From positions 17,589-81,588 of the forward strand of contig JBBTXY010000003.1 in NCBI GenBank assembly GCA_038062075.1: a DNA stretch of 64,000 nt. Reading direction: 5' to 3'. The notes beneath the pieces were generated by a model. The model was given only the letters and a program-made list of their open reading frames with translations. It made no database searches and was not told the DNA's origin. The translations under genes were made by a program, and so were the position numbers. How positions within the stretch are numbered: position 1 is the stretch's first letter; every line of letters begins with the position of its first letter. Positions 28,341 through 38,910 of this stretch are shown piece after piece. The DNA comes from Patescibacteria group bacterium (lineage in GTDB: Bacteria > Patescibacteriota > Minisyncoccia > Phycocordibacterales > UBA2100).

Positions 28341-29438
28341 ATGCAAGGGAAGAAAGTCTCCCGACGAGCTGACCATCGGTATGCTGTAATCATGGCCGGT
28401 GGGACTGGCACGCGGCTTTGGCCCTTGAGCCGTAGAGAGAAGCCGAAGCAATTTCAGCAGTTAGTGGGGGATACGACATTGCTCCAGGAAATGTACAGAC
28501 TTCTCTCAAACTCTTTTCCACCAGAACATATTTTTATTCAGACCACGCCCTCGTACCTGCATTTCGTCAAAGAACAGCTTCCGCAGGTTTCGTCGGAGCG
28601 CATTCTAGTGGAGCCTGAGATTCGAGACACGGCCCCCGCATTTGCGTATATGGCGGCACGCATCGCAGCGCTTGATGAAAAAGCGAATGTCGGCATTTTC
28701 TTTTCCGACCATCTCATCGAGACGCCCTCCCGATTTACCGCCGCAATCGAGCACGCATTCAAGGTTGTGACCGCATTTCCCGAATACATGGTACTGGTGG
28801 GTGTGTCGCCGCTTTTCCCGCATACAGGGCTTGGCTATATCCAGCTGGATCCGAAGAGGAAGGTAGGTGCCAATACCTATAGGGTGAAGTCGTTCGTCGA
28901 AAAACCCAATGCTACAGAGGCCCGCCGACTTGCGCGGTCGGATACGTATTTGTGGAACACCGGCTACAAAATCATGTCAGTGCAGAGAATGTTGCACCTG
29001 CTTTCAAGTACGAAAGAATATGCATCCGCTATACAAATGCTTAAGAAGGCCATACGAGAGGACGATGACACGGCGTTGCGCGCCGTATATACAAAGTTTA
29101 AAAAGAAATCCTTTGAGTACGTTTTCACCGAACGTGCGAAGAATCTCGCGGTTGTCCGCTCGAATATGCGGTGGTCGGATGTGGGCGATTGGGAAACAGT
29201 CCATCGAATCTTAACAAAGAAAAAGAAATCAGGCCTGCATACTGGCGGAAAAGTCATCCAGCATGATTCTAAAAATACGCTCCTTTTGAGCAATCATCGC
29301 TCCATTGTCGCCGTAGGTGTCGAGGGCTTGATTGTGGTCGAAACGGAGAATGCGGTTTTGGTGATGTCGAAATACCAAAGCCAGGACATCAAACGGACGA
29401 TAGAAAAATTGATCAAGCAGGAACCGGATCTACTCTGA
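28341..29438 (+). CDS. manC: Mannose-1-phosphate guanylyltransferase
   Basis: MAGGTGTRLWPLSR..KPKQF, RDTAPA, FVEKP, WSDVG.W. Confidence 0.9.
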   Translation: MQGKKVSRRADHRYAVIMAGGTGTRLWPLSRREKPKQFQQLVGDTTLLQEMYRLLSNSFPPEHIFIQTTPSYLHFVKEQLPQVSSERILVEPEIRDTAPAFAYMAARIAALDEKANVGIFFSDHLIETPSRFTAAIEHAFKVVTAFPEYMVLVGVSPLFPHTGLGYIQLDPKRKVGANTYRVKSFVEKPNATEARRLARSDTYLWNTGYKIMSVQRMLHLLSSTKEYASAIQMLKKAIREDDDTALRAVYTKFKKKSFEYVFTERAKNLAVVRSNMRWSDVGDWETVHRILTKKKKSGLHTGGKVIQHDSKNTLLLSNHRSIVAVGVEGLIVVETENAVLVMSKYQSQDIKRTIEKLIKQEPDLL

Positions 29439-29444
29439 TTTTTT

Positions 29445-30401
29445 ATGAAAGAACATATATTAGTTACGGGTGGCGCGGGGTTTATCGGCTCGAATTGCGC
29501 GAATATTCTTGCTGAGAAGGGGTATGATGTTGTTGCGCTCGACAATCTGTCGCTCGGCACCGTGGCGAATCTTGAGAAGCGTGTTCGTTTCGTTGAGGGA
29601 GATGTACAAGACCCGCGCACGCTTGAGGCGATCGGTCCAGTTGCATATGTGATACATCTTGCCTCATCTTCATCTGCTCCAATGTTTGCGGACGATCTCG
29701 TAGGGAGTGTTGGGAACAACATCCTCGGGCATGTCCAAATCTTAGAATACGCACGTCGCACTGGCGCACGCAAGGTGCTCTACGCCTCTACCTCATCCAT
29801 CTACGGCAACAATCCCACGCCGCTCTCGGAAAATCAGTCTGTGACGCCTCCGAATTTTTATGCTGCCACAAAGCATAGTCAGGAAGAGCTCTCACAGGTC
29901 TATCAGCAGGTGTACGGTCTCGAGATCATCGGATTTCGCTTCATGAGCGTCTACGGTCTGCACGAGGAACATAAGGGGCGATTCGCAAATCTCGTTTCCC
30001 AGTTCATCTGGGGCATGGAACAAGGGAAGCGGCCTGTGCTCTATGGCGATGGGAGTCAGACGCGCGACTTTGTGAATGTGCGCGATGTGGTGAATGCGTT
30101 CGAGCTCGCCATAGGTACGGCCAACAGATTCGGCTCGACGGTGTTTAACGTTGGCACGACACGCGCGACATCACTTTTAGAACTAGTGCACATCATCAAT
30201 CGCGTTATGGGGACACATATCGAACCGGAACTGGTTCCCAATCCCGTCAAAGCGGGCTACATCATGGCGCAGCAAGCCGATCTCTCGAAGATCCAGAGCG
30301 AACTTGGCTATGCACCGGCGGTCGCCCTCGAGGCGGGAATTCGTGAAATCGTCTCGTATCGAAAGGGTAATCCGGTACCACCTCCTTCTTTAAGTTTTTA
30401 G
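29445..30401 (+). CDS. NAD-dependent epimerase/dehydratase
   Basis: TGGAGFIG, YAATK, GDGSQTRDFV. Confidence 0.9.
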   Translation: MKEHILVTGGAGFIGSNCANILAEKGYDVVALDNLSLGTVANLEKRVRFVEGDVQDPRTLEAIGPVAYVIHLASSSSAPMFADDLVGSVGNNILGHVQILEYARRTGARKVLYASTSSIYGNNPTPLSENQSVTPPNFYAATKHSQEELSQVYQQVYGLEIIGFRFMSVYGLHEEHKGRFANLVSQFIWGMEQGKRPVLYGDGSQTRDFVNVRDVVNAFELAIGTANRFGSTVFNVGTTRATSLLELVHIINRVMGTHIEPELVPNPVKAGYIMAQQADLSKIQSELGYAPAVALEAGIREIVSYRKGNPVPPPSLSF

Positions 30402-30419
30402 GGGCTAAAAAGCGAAAAC

Positions 30420-31382
30420 TTACGCGTTATAGTGCGGATTCTGGACGTCAATCAGGTGAGCCGCGCGGATGAGCTCATCAATTCCTTGTTCCATAGAAAC
30501 GGTCGTTTTGTATCCGAGGCTTCCGAGTTTTTTATATGACACGAGGTAGTCCCGCTGGTCGATATCCTTACCGACATCGGCGAAGTGAAGAAAGTAGTCG
30601 GTCTTTTTCTTGATCATCAGGCACACCTCTTCTTTGGTGAAGTTCAAACTATCGTCTCCCACGTTGTATATTTCTCCTTGCATCTTCTTGTACTGCTCGA
30701 GTGCAAAAAGAAACGCCCGCGCCATGTCGCGCACATGGATAAAGGTTCGCATAAAATGTTTTTCGTAGACGATGAGGCTTCGATCACGCACTGCGCGGTA
30801 CGTAAAATCGTTGGGCATAAGGTCAAGGCGCATCCGCGGCGAGATGCCAAAAGCGGTCGCGAATCGGAAGATGACATACTCTTTGTTTTTCTTTACGATC
30901 TCCTCGGCTTTGGTTTTCTGTCTGCCGTAGTGCGAAAGGGGGTTGAGCGGCGTCGTTTCGGTGCAGATCGCTTCTTTCATCTTTCCGTAGTTGCTTCCGG
31001 TGGAAGCGAACACGACGGGGATCTTTCTTCCAGCAGCTTCTACGAGGATCTTCGTTCCGTTCACGTTCGTGTCGTACGAAAGCTTCGGGTCTTTCTGACA
31101 CGCGGGGGCGCCCACGATCGCCGCAAGGTGAATGACCGCATCTACCCCCCGCATGGCTTTCGCAACGTCTGCTCGATTCCGGACATCCCCTCGTATGAAT
31201 TCGAGGTTTGGATGCGCGAGGACAGGAAGAAGCCCTACGCCGCCGAGGCGCAGTGAATCAAGGACGCGCACCGTGTAGCCGTTGCTCAAAAGGAGCGGGA
31301 CCAAGGACGTCCCGACATAGCCGGCGCCCCCGGTGACGAGCACGGTGTTGAATACACGCTTCTTCCGCGAAGGTCGAGCCAT
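30420..31382 (-). CDS. NAD-dependent epimerase/dehydratase
   Basis: TGGAGYVG, YGRQK, FRFATAFG.SPRMRLDL. Confidence 0.9.
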   Translation of the reverse strand: MARPSRKKRVFNTVLVTGGAGYVGTSLVPLLLSNGYTVRVLDSLRLGGVGLLPVLAHPNLEFIRGDVRNRADVAKAMRGVDAVIHLAAIVGAPACQKDPKLSYDTNVNGTKILVEAAGRKIPVVFASTGSNYGKMKEAICTETTPLNPLSHYGRQKTKAEEIVKKNKEYVIFRFATAFGISPRMRLDLMPNDFTYRAVRDRSLIVYEKHFMRTFIHVRDMARAFLFALEQYKKMQGEIYNVGDDSLNFTKEEVCLMIKKKTDYFLHFADVGKDIDQRDYLVSYKKLGSLGYKTTVSMEQGIDELIRAAHLIDVQNPHYNA

Positions 31383-31391
31383 GGGAGCACG

Positions 31392-32708
31392 TTATACGGA
31401 ATGAGGAGTTTTTTCAAGTCGGTGCGCATGCGTGCGCCGGAAGAGAATAAGACCGAGAAATCCGATAAGAATAAAGAACGGGAGGTAGGGCGTATTGAAA
31501 CGCGGGACAACGTTGAAGAAGCTCAAGGTGATGATATTATAAAAAATGAAAAGGAGCGCGAGGATGCCGAGCGCTCGGACATCCCCCTTGCCTTTGGTGC
31601 GTATTAGCTGGTAGAGACCGAAGAGAAAGAATGAATAGATGAAGAGGTACTGCACCGGCCTGAAATAGCGGTTGAGGGTGTCGGAATAATCGTGCTCGAT
31701 GTAACCGAGTTTTACCATCTCCACCACATTGCCGTAGAGGTAGTGCCCGGGGCGGGAGAGTATCGTATGAATGTTCTTCGCCCTGATGCGCGCGACGGCT
31801 TCGCTCGTGGTCGCAAGCGTCTCGTATTCGTAGCCGAGCTTTTTGAATTCGTTGTCGGTCAGGAACTGCGTGTTCTCGCCGCCGGAGATACTGCGCCAGA
31901 GCCAGTCGCGGAGATACCTCGTGATCTCGCCGTAGGAGAGCTCGGCGCGGACGGCGCGATAGTACAGCATGTCATTCTGCCGGCCGCTCGTGACTGCAAA
32001 GACGCCGGTGTTTGCGTAGATGTAGGATGCAAATGAAAGGGGGATCACGGCGAATACTGCGAGTGCGATGATAGTGTTGCGCATGACCTGCCACGATAGT
32101 GGCCGGGCATATATGAGATAGAAGAAGGCAATGAAGAATGGGAAGAGAACGAATTGGAACCGCACCAGCGCTTCATAGCCGAAGGCGAGTCCGAGGAGCG
32201 CGTACCAATACCATGGCGCTGCCGCGGGAGAGCGCATGATACGCACACAGAGGAGAAGGATCACGCCGAGCATGAAGATGAACAGAGGCTCTGCACCGGT
32301 TTCGTTGGTGTGGTGGCCGAGTATCGGCTGTGATGCGATGCAGATGCCGGCCACAAGTGCGATCCATGTTTCTCCGTAATGTTTTAAAATGCGATAAATG
32401 ATGAATCCGAGAAGTCCGAGAAGGAGCGCCTGCGTGAACGATGCGGCGAGAAGGGCGAGGGGCGTTTCGATGCCGAAGATCTTGTAGAAGGGCAGAAGAT
32501 AGAACGACACGCCCGGCTCACGGTAGATGCTGAACGTGACACCGTCGAGGCTGTAGCCATTTCCGAGCGAAAGATTCTTTGCGTAGGCGCTGTAATCAGC
32601 CGCATCTTTCCAGCCAGGGTCATGGATGAGTCCGAAAACGAAGAAATTTGCGATTGCGAGCGCCATCAACAAGACAAGTATCCAAATGTCTTTTGAACGG
32701 GATGTCAT
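31392..32708 (-). CDS. GT-C (ArnT/PMT-like) membrane glycosyltransferase
   Basis: Multi-TM; DAADY..AKNL, YREPG, PRF near the C-terminus. Confidence 0.75.
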   Translation of the reverse strand: MTSRSKDIWILVLLMALAIANFFVFGLIHDPGWKDAADYSAYAKNLSLGNGYSLDGVTFSIYREPGVSFYLLPFYKIFGIETPLALLAASFTQALLLGLLGFIIYRILKHYGETWIALVAGICIASQPILGHHTNETGAEPLFIFMLGVILLLCVRIMRSPAAAPWYWYALLGLAFGYEALVRFQFVLFPFFIAFFYLIYARPLSWQVMRNTIIALAVFAVIPLSFASYIYANTGVFAVTSGRQNDMLYYRAVRAELSYGEITRYLRDWLWRSISGGENTQFLTDNEFKKLGYEYETLATTSEAVARIRAKNIHTILSRPGHYLYGNVVEMVKLGYIEHDYSDTLNRYFRPVQYLFIYSFFLFGLYQLIRTKGKGDVRALGILALLFIFYNIITLSFFNVVPRFNTPYLPFFILIGFLGLILFRRTHAHRLEKTPHSV

Positions 32709-32783
32709 GGTGAGCATTAAGTATACGGCACAAGGTCTGTGGATATCCCTCAAAGACGTCTTGTTCTGTTGTATCATCCTGAC

Positions 32784-33809
32784 ATGGGAAAAATCGCATC
32801 GAAACGAGACCTTATTGTTCTTGGTGTTTTGGGAACATTTGTTCTAGGAGTTTTTTACCTGACGCCGGTCGCATCCGGAGGGCCCAATAAGCAACTGGCC
32901 CCGAAGATTTCAAATATCGCTGTGACCTATATTACCCCGTACACGGCGATCATCACGTGGGATACGGACATGCCTACGACAGGAATGGCCCACTACGGGC
33001 TCAAGGCCGGTAGTATGGGCGCGGGCGCGGGCGGCTCGCCGGGTCCCGTCACGGCTCATGCTGCGACACTGGGCAATCTCTCTCCATCAATGAAATATTA
33101 TTTTTACGTTGATGCGAGCAATCCAGTGACCAATGGATTTTCAAAATCAAAGCCGTTCTCATTTACTACGCTTACGTCCGCTCCGCGAGACGTCACCCCT
33201 CCTCCGCCACCGACGGTTACTGGTAGTGCGGCTTCAGCTTCTCAAATCAACCTGACCTGGAGCGCGTCTGCTGATATCAGCGGTATTGCGGAATATCGTG
33301 TATTCCGTAACGGACGCGTGGTCGGGATTGTTAATGGAATTACGAGAAGCTACGTTGATACAGGTCTTGGCGATGGCGGTCTTCAGCCGTCAACCACGTA
33401 CAGCTATACAGTTAATGCCGCTGATGCGGCAGGCAACTGGTCAGTGCAATCATCTCCAGTCTCGATCACAACACTTGCAGGTCCCCCCGATATAATTACG
33501 CCCACGACTCCTGCAGGGCTTGCCGTCATCTCCACCACAGCATCTTCTGCTTCGCTTTCATGGTCTCCCGCAACCGACAATGTCGCAGTCAGAGGATACA
33601 AGGTGTATCGTGATGGAGCACAAGTCGCCACTCCGGGAGGGACAAGCCATACCGACTCTGGGCTCACCGCATCAACCGCGTATAATTATATGGTCGCGGC
33701 GTATGATGCGGCAGGCAATACGTCGGCCCAATCAGCACCAATAACTGCTACGACCCTTGTAGCTCCTCCAGCCACTACGACGTCGCCGACCGCCACCAGC
33801 ACTCCCTAG
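32784..33809 (+). CDS. Secreted or anchored fibronectin type III repeat protein
   Basis: N-terminal hydrophobic segment; three FN3-like units (W...Y...L.PST.Y.Y); S/T/P-rich linkers and tail. Confidence 0.85.
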   Translation: MGKIASKRDLIVLGVLGTFVLGVFYLTPVASGGPNKQLAPKISNIAVTYITPYTAIITWDTDMPTTGMAHYGLKAGSMGAGAGGSPGPVTAHAATLGNLSPSMKYYFYVDASNPVTNGFSKSKPFSFTTLTSAPRDVTPPPPPTVTGSAASASQINLTWSASADISGIAEYRVFRNGRVVGIVNGITRSYVDTGLGDGGLQPSTTYSYTVNAADAAGNWSVQSSPVSITTLAGPPDIITPTTPAGLAVISTTASSASLSWSPATDNVAVRGYKVYRDGAQVATPGGTSHTDSGLTASTAYNYMVAAYDAAGNTSAQSAPITATTLVAPPATTTSPTATSTP

Positions 33810-33972
33810 AGCATGTCTGGAAACCCGTGGTACCCAGGTAGAACTGTTTTGTTTTCGTTGCGAGACGCCTCTTCGGAGCCTGAAGTGTAGCCGAGCTACA
33901 TTGAGGGCGAGAAGAGGTGTCGAGTAGAAAACAGAACAGTTCTAGCAGGGGAGGTTTCCAGATATGCTCTAG
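33806..33972. repeat. 167-bp palindromic MITE/RPE-like element
   Basis: 20-bp terminal inverted repeats (19/20) bounded by CTAG, plus three nested stems. Confidence 0.75.
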
Positions 33973-33981
33973 CACGGGCTA

Positions 33982-35301
33982 TCACTTCGCGAACACAAGG
34001 AACTTGTAGCCGAGGAAGTTGCCAAGGATCGCGGTGAGAATCGTAAAGAGGAGCGCGATGTTGGCCCACAGGGTGGTTGATATCCCTGCAGGAGCTCCGA
34101 CGATGTTCACTAATACATGGATGATGCCGAGGTTCACCAGCGCGGTTGTTGAGGTGACGGCGAAGAAACGCATGTACTGCCGTGTGCGGTTCTGGGGCGG
34201 CGTGTGGTGGAACGTCCAAAACATATTCCAGAAGAACGACTGCGAAATGACGATGGCGAAGGTAATGAGCGCGAAGAACGTCACGATAAGACCCTCGGAA
34301 ACGCCGCTTATGAAGATCAACGAATTGAAGATCGCCATGTTGAGCGTGGTATTGAAAATGCCCACGATGCCATAGCGGCTGAATTCCGCGGCACTGTGCT
34401 TGTGCAGGGGGAGAAGCGCGAGCCCCATCGCGCCGCAGACGAGCCCGGCAGGCACGACAAGAAGCAAGAATGCGATCGTAAGGGATGTGGGAATGCCGCG
34501 CTCGGTAAGGATCGCGAATATACCGAGATTGTGCAGGATCGGGATGAGGAGGACCGCGACGGCGATGCCAAGCGTTGCGATAAAATACGCGTCGCGCCGC
34601 GAGAGGCTGGTGCGGGTGCGCATGTAGAGCGCAAAAAGAGCGAGCCCCATGCTCGGACCGTCGCGAAGGAGCCGGATTGAGGTCTGTGATTCGTTCACGA
34701 GGGTGACCGGTATGAATGCGATCGAATCGCCCCTGTGTTGTGCGAGGTAGAGCACGTCCACATCAAAGGTGTACCCATCCGTCTTAAGCTCGCGGAAAAT
34801 GATTCGTCCGATGTCGGCGCGCACCCCTTTAAACCCGCACTGCGTGTCAGCGACCGGTTCGAGAAGTATCGTGTTCGCAAGCAGGGAAAAAATGACACTT
34901 GAGAGCTGGCGTTCGGGGCGTCGCTTGGTCTCGAATCTCGAATCCGGAAGGTGCCGCGAGCCGCAGACGAGATCCGCGCCCTTTGAGAATTCTTTGAGCG
35001 CGGTATCGATCGCGCTGAAGTCATAGGGCAAGTCTATGTCCGTGAAGAACACATACTCGCCTTCTGCGGCAAGCACGCCGGCGCGCACGGCCGCTCCTTT
35101 GCCGCGGTTGGCTGGCAAGGTAATAACCCGTATCGGGGCAGGTACATCCCGTAAGATCGCCGGGGTGCCGTCGGTCGAGCCATCGTCGACGAGGATGATC
35201 TCGAGGACGTCAGAACGCGATCGGACCCAACGATCCAGGTGCGTGATGGTGGCGCGGAGCTTGCCTTCGAAGTTATAGACTGGGATGACGAGCGAGATCA
35301 T
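33982..35301 (-). CDS. Polyprenyl-phosphate glycosyltransferase (GT2) fused to a GtrA flippase domain
   Basis: PVYN, DDGSTD, NRGKG.AV, DTQCGFK; C-terminal FSRYGIVG..NT GtrA pattern. Confidence 0.85.
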   Translation of the reverse strand: MISLVIPVYNFEGKLRATITHLDRWVRSRSDVLEIILVDDGSTDGTPAILRDVPAPIRVITLPANRGKGAAVRAGVLAAEGEYVFFTDIDLPYDFSAIDTALKEFSKGADLVCGSRHLPDSRFETKRRPERQLSSVIFSLLANTILLEPVADTQCGFKGVRADIGRIIFRELKTDGYTFDVDVLYLAQHRGDSIAFIPVTLVNESQTSIRLLRDGPSMGLALFALYMRTRTSLSRRDAYFIATLGIAVAVLLIPILHNLGIFAILTERGIPTSLTIAFLLLVVPAGLVCGAMGLALLPLHKHSAAEFSRYGIVGIFNTTLNMAIFNSLIFISGVSEGLIVTFFALITFAIVISQSFFWNMFWTFHHTPPQNRTRQYMRFFAVTSTTALVNLGIIHVLVNIVGAPAGISTTLWANIALLFTILTAILGNFLGYKFLVFAK

Positions 35302-35335
35302 ACGGAAGGCGATAGTAGCACGAATGCTCGGGCGG

Positions 35336-36793
35336 TTATTTGCGCTCCAACATGAGATACGCCGCTGCCATCCCGCTTTCGTGGTAGCCGCTGAAGAGCG
35401 CCTGCTTTTGTTCGTAGGCCTCGTGAGAGAGGAGGATTATGTCGGGGACGCCTTTTTCGATGAGGTGGAGCTGCTCCTCCCCATAGAGAATCGTCTCCGT
35501 CGGCTGCAGGTACTGGTAATACTTTGTGGTAGGGAGGAATATTACCGCTGCAGGGCTGTTGTAGATGAAAATACTCTTATTCTCCGGGAACGAAGAGAAG
35601 TATTCTATCATTTGGGCGGTACGCGTCGTGTTGTAATGTTCGGCGACCCACGATGCGTAGTTAAGCTGATAGAACTGCATGAGCGTAAGAGCGGCGACGA
35701 TAAAGATGACGCCGAACGTAGCATACGGCCGAAGATATGCGCGGCGCTGTCCTGCTGCTTCGGCAAGGACTTGCAGGGATTGCGGCATAAAGAGAAGCGC
35801 AAACACCATCGCTTGGAAAAGGTAGCGATACCATCCGGCGGTTCGTAAGTATGCGAAGAGAACCATAACGGCAAAGACGAACGCAGACTTCTCGACGAGC
35901 GATATCTGCCCTTTCTGGTAGAGCCGGATGAGAAGTCCAGCGGTCCACACGAGCATGAGCGCTGCGCAATAAAGCGGCGTCGTCTCCGTGAAGAATCCAA
36001 TGAGATTGTGCATCACGGTTTCCGGTATTGAGGCGACGCCGTAGGGATTCGCATAATAGGAAAGTATGAGGGAAGGGTCCACGTGTCCGAATTGGAGATA
36101 CATCCAGAGGGCAAGCGGTGCGATGAATGCGACGAGGGCCGCACCGATGTTCCTCACGTGCAGCGGGATGGACCGAACATGGAAGAGAAGGACGAGACCT
36201 ATCGCCGCCGGCATGAGGAGAAAGATGGGTTTTGTCGCGGCGACGAGACCTGTTGTAAGCCCAAGAAAGACGTAGTGCCAAATGCCCTCGAAGTTCCGCT
36301 CGCCGAGGCGATGGAGCGCGAGAAGCGCGAGCATCGAATAGAAAAGACCGGGGATCTCCCCGAGCACGTTCTTGCCGTTGCCATAGATGATGGGGAACGT
36401 CGCGAGGAGCGCGAGTCCGAGAAGAGCGTTACGCGATCCCGCGACGCGGACGAGAAGCACCCAGGCGGAAAGGGCAAACAGTATGATGAAAAGTACCATT
36501 GGGATGCGTGCTGCGAGAAGTGAGTTACCAAAGAGTTTGAGCGATGCCGCAACTGGTGCAATAAGCGGATAGCCGACCGTGAGGAAGTCAATCTGACGGA
36601 ACTCACCCGGTGCGACCTGGACGGTCTGCTCTCCGCGCTCACCGAACGACTGGGCGACCTGGATGTAGATACCCTCGTCATACCATGTCGGCGGGCTTTC
36701 GGTCAGGCGGTACGTCGCATAGAAGACGACGACTCCGAGGAGGCACGCGAGGATACCGACATACGCTTTCGAGGGGAGTGCCGAAGTGGGCAT
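35336..36793 (-). CDS. GT-C (ArnT/PMT-like) membrane glycosyltransferase
   Basis: WYDEG motif after the first TM; multi-TM; RY motif. Confidence 0.8.
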   Translation of the reverse strand: MPTSALPSKAYVGILACLLGVVVFYATYRLTESPPTWYDEGIYIQVAQSFGERGEQTVQVAPGEFRQIDFLTVGYPLIAPVAASLKLFGNSLLAARIPMVLFIILFALSAWVLLVRVAGSRNALLGLALLATFPIIYGNGKNVLGEIPGLFYSMLALLALHRLGERNFEGIWHYVFLGLTTGLVAATKPIFLLMPAAIGLVLLFHVRSIPLHVRNIGAALVAFIAPLALWMYLQFGHVDPSLILSYYANPYGVASIPETVMHNLIGFFTETTPLYCAALMLVWTAGLLIRLYQKGQISLVEKSAFVFAVMVLFAYLRTAGWYRYLFQAMVFALLFMPQSLQVLAEAAGQRRAYLRPYATFGVIFIVAALTLMQFYQLNYASWVAEHYNTTRTAQMIEYFSSFPENKSIFIYNSPAAVIFLPTTKYYQYLQPTETILYGEEQLHLIEKGVPDIILLSHEAYEQKQALFSGYHESGMAAAYLMLERK

Positions 36794-36826
36794 ACAAAGA
36801 GATTTCTATGATACCCTGCAAGCACT

Positions 36827-37726
36827 ATGGAAGCCACCGTGCGTTCGCTCGCGCGCAGAGCCGTCACGGGACTTCTCCACCTCCTTCCGAGCGGCGCGCC
36901 GCCGCGTATCTATGCCACGCTCTTCCGTGGCCCGTTGGGAAAAATAGGGAACCCGCTCATCAAGGCGCTTCTGCCGGTGCAGGTACGTCTCCCTGAAGGC
37001 CTCATCATCCTCAACCGCGAGGATCCGACCGTCTCTGCCGCGATTGCCTTCGGGGTTTTCGAACCGTATGAGACGCAGCTTTTCAGGGAAGCGGTGCGGC
37101 CCGGGATGACGGTCGTCGATATTGGTGCGAACATTGGCTACTTCACGGTGATCGCCGCCCACCTCGCGGGGAAAACGGGCCGCGTTATCGCCTTCGAACC
37201 GGCGCCGGAGAATTTTCGCGTGCTCACCGAGACGTTGAGCGTGAACGGATTCGTAACGGCACGTGCATACCAGGTGGCTATTGCAGACAAGGAAGGGACG
37301 CTGATCTTGAACCTCTTCGATTCCAACAAAGGCAAGCATTCGCTCGTCAAAGACAAGAGCGACGAGAAAGGTTTCGACGGATCGATACGCGTGAGCGCCA
37401 CGACACTCGATGCGTTCTGTGCATCGCACGATGTCGGTACGATCGATGTCATTAAGATGGACATCGAGGGCGCGGAATCACTCGCGCTCTCTGGCATGCA
37501 CCAGGCGCTCGCCGATACGAAGGTCCTTTTTATGGAATTCACGCCCTCCGCGATACGGAAAGTAAGGGATGAGCCCGAAGCAGTCCTGCGCTTCCTGCGT
37601 GAGAAAGGATTCAAAGTATCCTCGATCGAAGAGCACACGAGATCGACGCGTCCGATCGCGGACGTCCGAGCATTCATACGTTCAATACCGGATGGCGAGT
37701 GTGCAAATCTACTGTGCAAGAAATGA
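36827..37726 (+). CDS. FkbM-family methyltransferase
   Basis: DIGANIG, AFEP, KMDIEGAE. Confidence 0.9.
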   Translation: MEATVRSLARRAVTGLLHLLPSGAPPRIYATLFRGPLGKIGNPLIKALLPVQVRLPEGLIILNREDPTVSAAIAFGVFEPYETQLFREAVRPGMTVVDIGANIGYFTVIAAHLAGKTGRVIAFEPAPENFRVLTETLSVNGFVTARAYQVAIADKEGTLILNLFDSNKGKHSLVKDKSDEKGFDGSIRVSATTLDAFCASHDVGTIDVIKMDIEGAESLALSGMHQALADTKVLFMEFTPSAIRKVRDEPEAVLRFLREKGFKVSSIEEHTRSTRPIADVRAFIRSIPDGECANLLCKK

Positions 37727-37735
37727 CGGGTGTTT

Positions 37736-38800
37736 CTAGGCGCCGCGCTCGCGCAAAAGGCGATACCACGCGAGCATCCGCTTCAGACCTTCTTCGAGTG
37801 TCACGTCCGGTTCGTAGCCGAGTTCGGTGCGCGCCTTCGTGATGTCCGGCAGACGGCGGCTCGGATCGCCGACCGGATACCCTTCCGGATATTCCGCATG
37901 TTGGATATCAAGGGGCGATCCGTAGACGCTTTCCACCTTCTTTGCGAGGTTGTAGATGGAGATCTCTCCCTCGTCGGTCCCGATGTTATACGCTTCGCCG
38001 CTTCTTCCAAGGAGAAGGGCGCGCAGAAAACCGTTGAGACAATCGGTCGTATAGGCGAACGTACGGGTTTGCGCGCCACGATTATGGATCTCGATCGTGC
38101 TGCCGTCGAGCGCGGCATTGAGGAAATTCGGCAGAACGCGCTTGTCGTCTATTTTCATACCGGGACCGTAGGCATTGAACGGCCGCACGCTCACGACGGG
38201 GACCCCGTGCACGCGGTGATAGATCGTCGCGATGGTCTCGCCGACACGCTTCGATTCGTCGTAGCAGGCGCGCAGGCTCGTGCAGGAGACATGGCCGTGG
38301 TACTCCTCTGTGGTCGGGATGTTCTCGGGGGTCGGATCGCCGTAGATCTCGCTCGAGCTGAAGTAGAGGACGCCTTTCGCTTTCTTTGCGCGCGCCAACT
38401 CGAGCGTATGCCGCAGGCCGTCGATAGTCGCCGTCAGCGTTTCCATCGGGTATTTCGCGTAGTAGACGGGGGATGCGATCGATGCCGCGTGCATGATGTA
38501 ATCGATATTCCGCTCGGTCTCGAATGGCACGCATACGTCATGCTGTATGAATTCAAGATTCGAGTCGTCCATGGTGAAGAGCGGACTGCCCTTCACGCCG
38601 GTGATGAAATTGTCCAGCGCGATCGTGTGCACGGGCTTTGTGAAGCGCGTGCGATTGAGGTATTGCATCAGGCCGACGATATGGTTCCCCAAAAAGCCGC
38701 CAGCGCCATTGATGAGGATCGTGGTGCCTTCCAAACGGTCGGCTACGTCTCCGAGTTTGCGAGCGACTTCGGAGAATTGCGCTTCGATAAATGCGGGCAT
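37736..38800 (-). CDS. UDP-glucuronate decarboxylase-like epimerase/dehydratase
   Basis: HAASIASP..Y, SSSEIYGDP, RACYDESKR, TRTFAY. Confidence 0.85.
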   Translation of the reverse strand: MPAFIEAQFSEVARKLGDVADRLEGTTILINGAGGFLGNHIVGLMQYLNRTRFTKPVHTIALDNFITGVKGSPLFTMDDSNLEFIQHDVCVPFETERNIDYIMHAASIASPVYYAKYPMETLTATIDGLRHTLELARAKKAKGVLYFSSSEIYGDPTPENIPTTEEYHGHVSCTSLRACYDESKRVGETIATIYHRVHGVPVVSVRPFNAYGPGMKIDDKRVLPNFLNAALDGSTIEIHNRGAQTRTFAYTTDCLNGFLRALLLGRSGEAYNIGTDEGEISIYNLAKKVESVYGSPLDIQHAEYPEGYPVGDPSRRLPDITKARTELGYEPDVTLEEGLKRMLAWYRLLRERGA

Positions 38801-38910
38801 ACGAGACGGCAGTGTAGCAGATAACGGCTGTTTCGGGAATGGTCAAAGCGCTCTGCAGAGGCGCGTGTGCATTGTTGACACAGTCCACATCCTGGACAAT
38901 GATGCTACGG

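Noticed and set aside
37730-38824. 364-aa plus-strand ORF
   Set aside because: Shadow of the minus-strand epimerase, which has clear motifs
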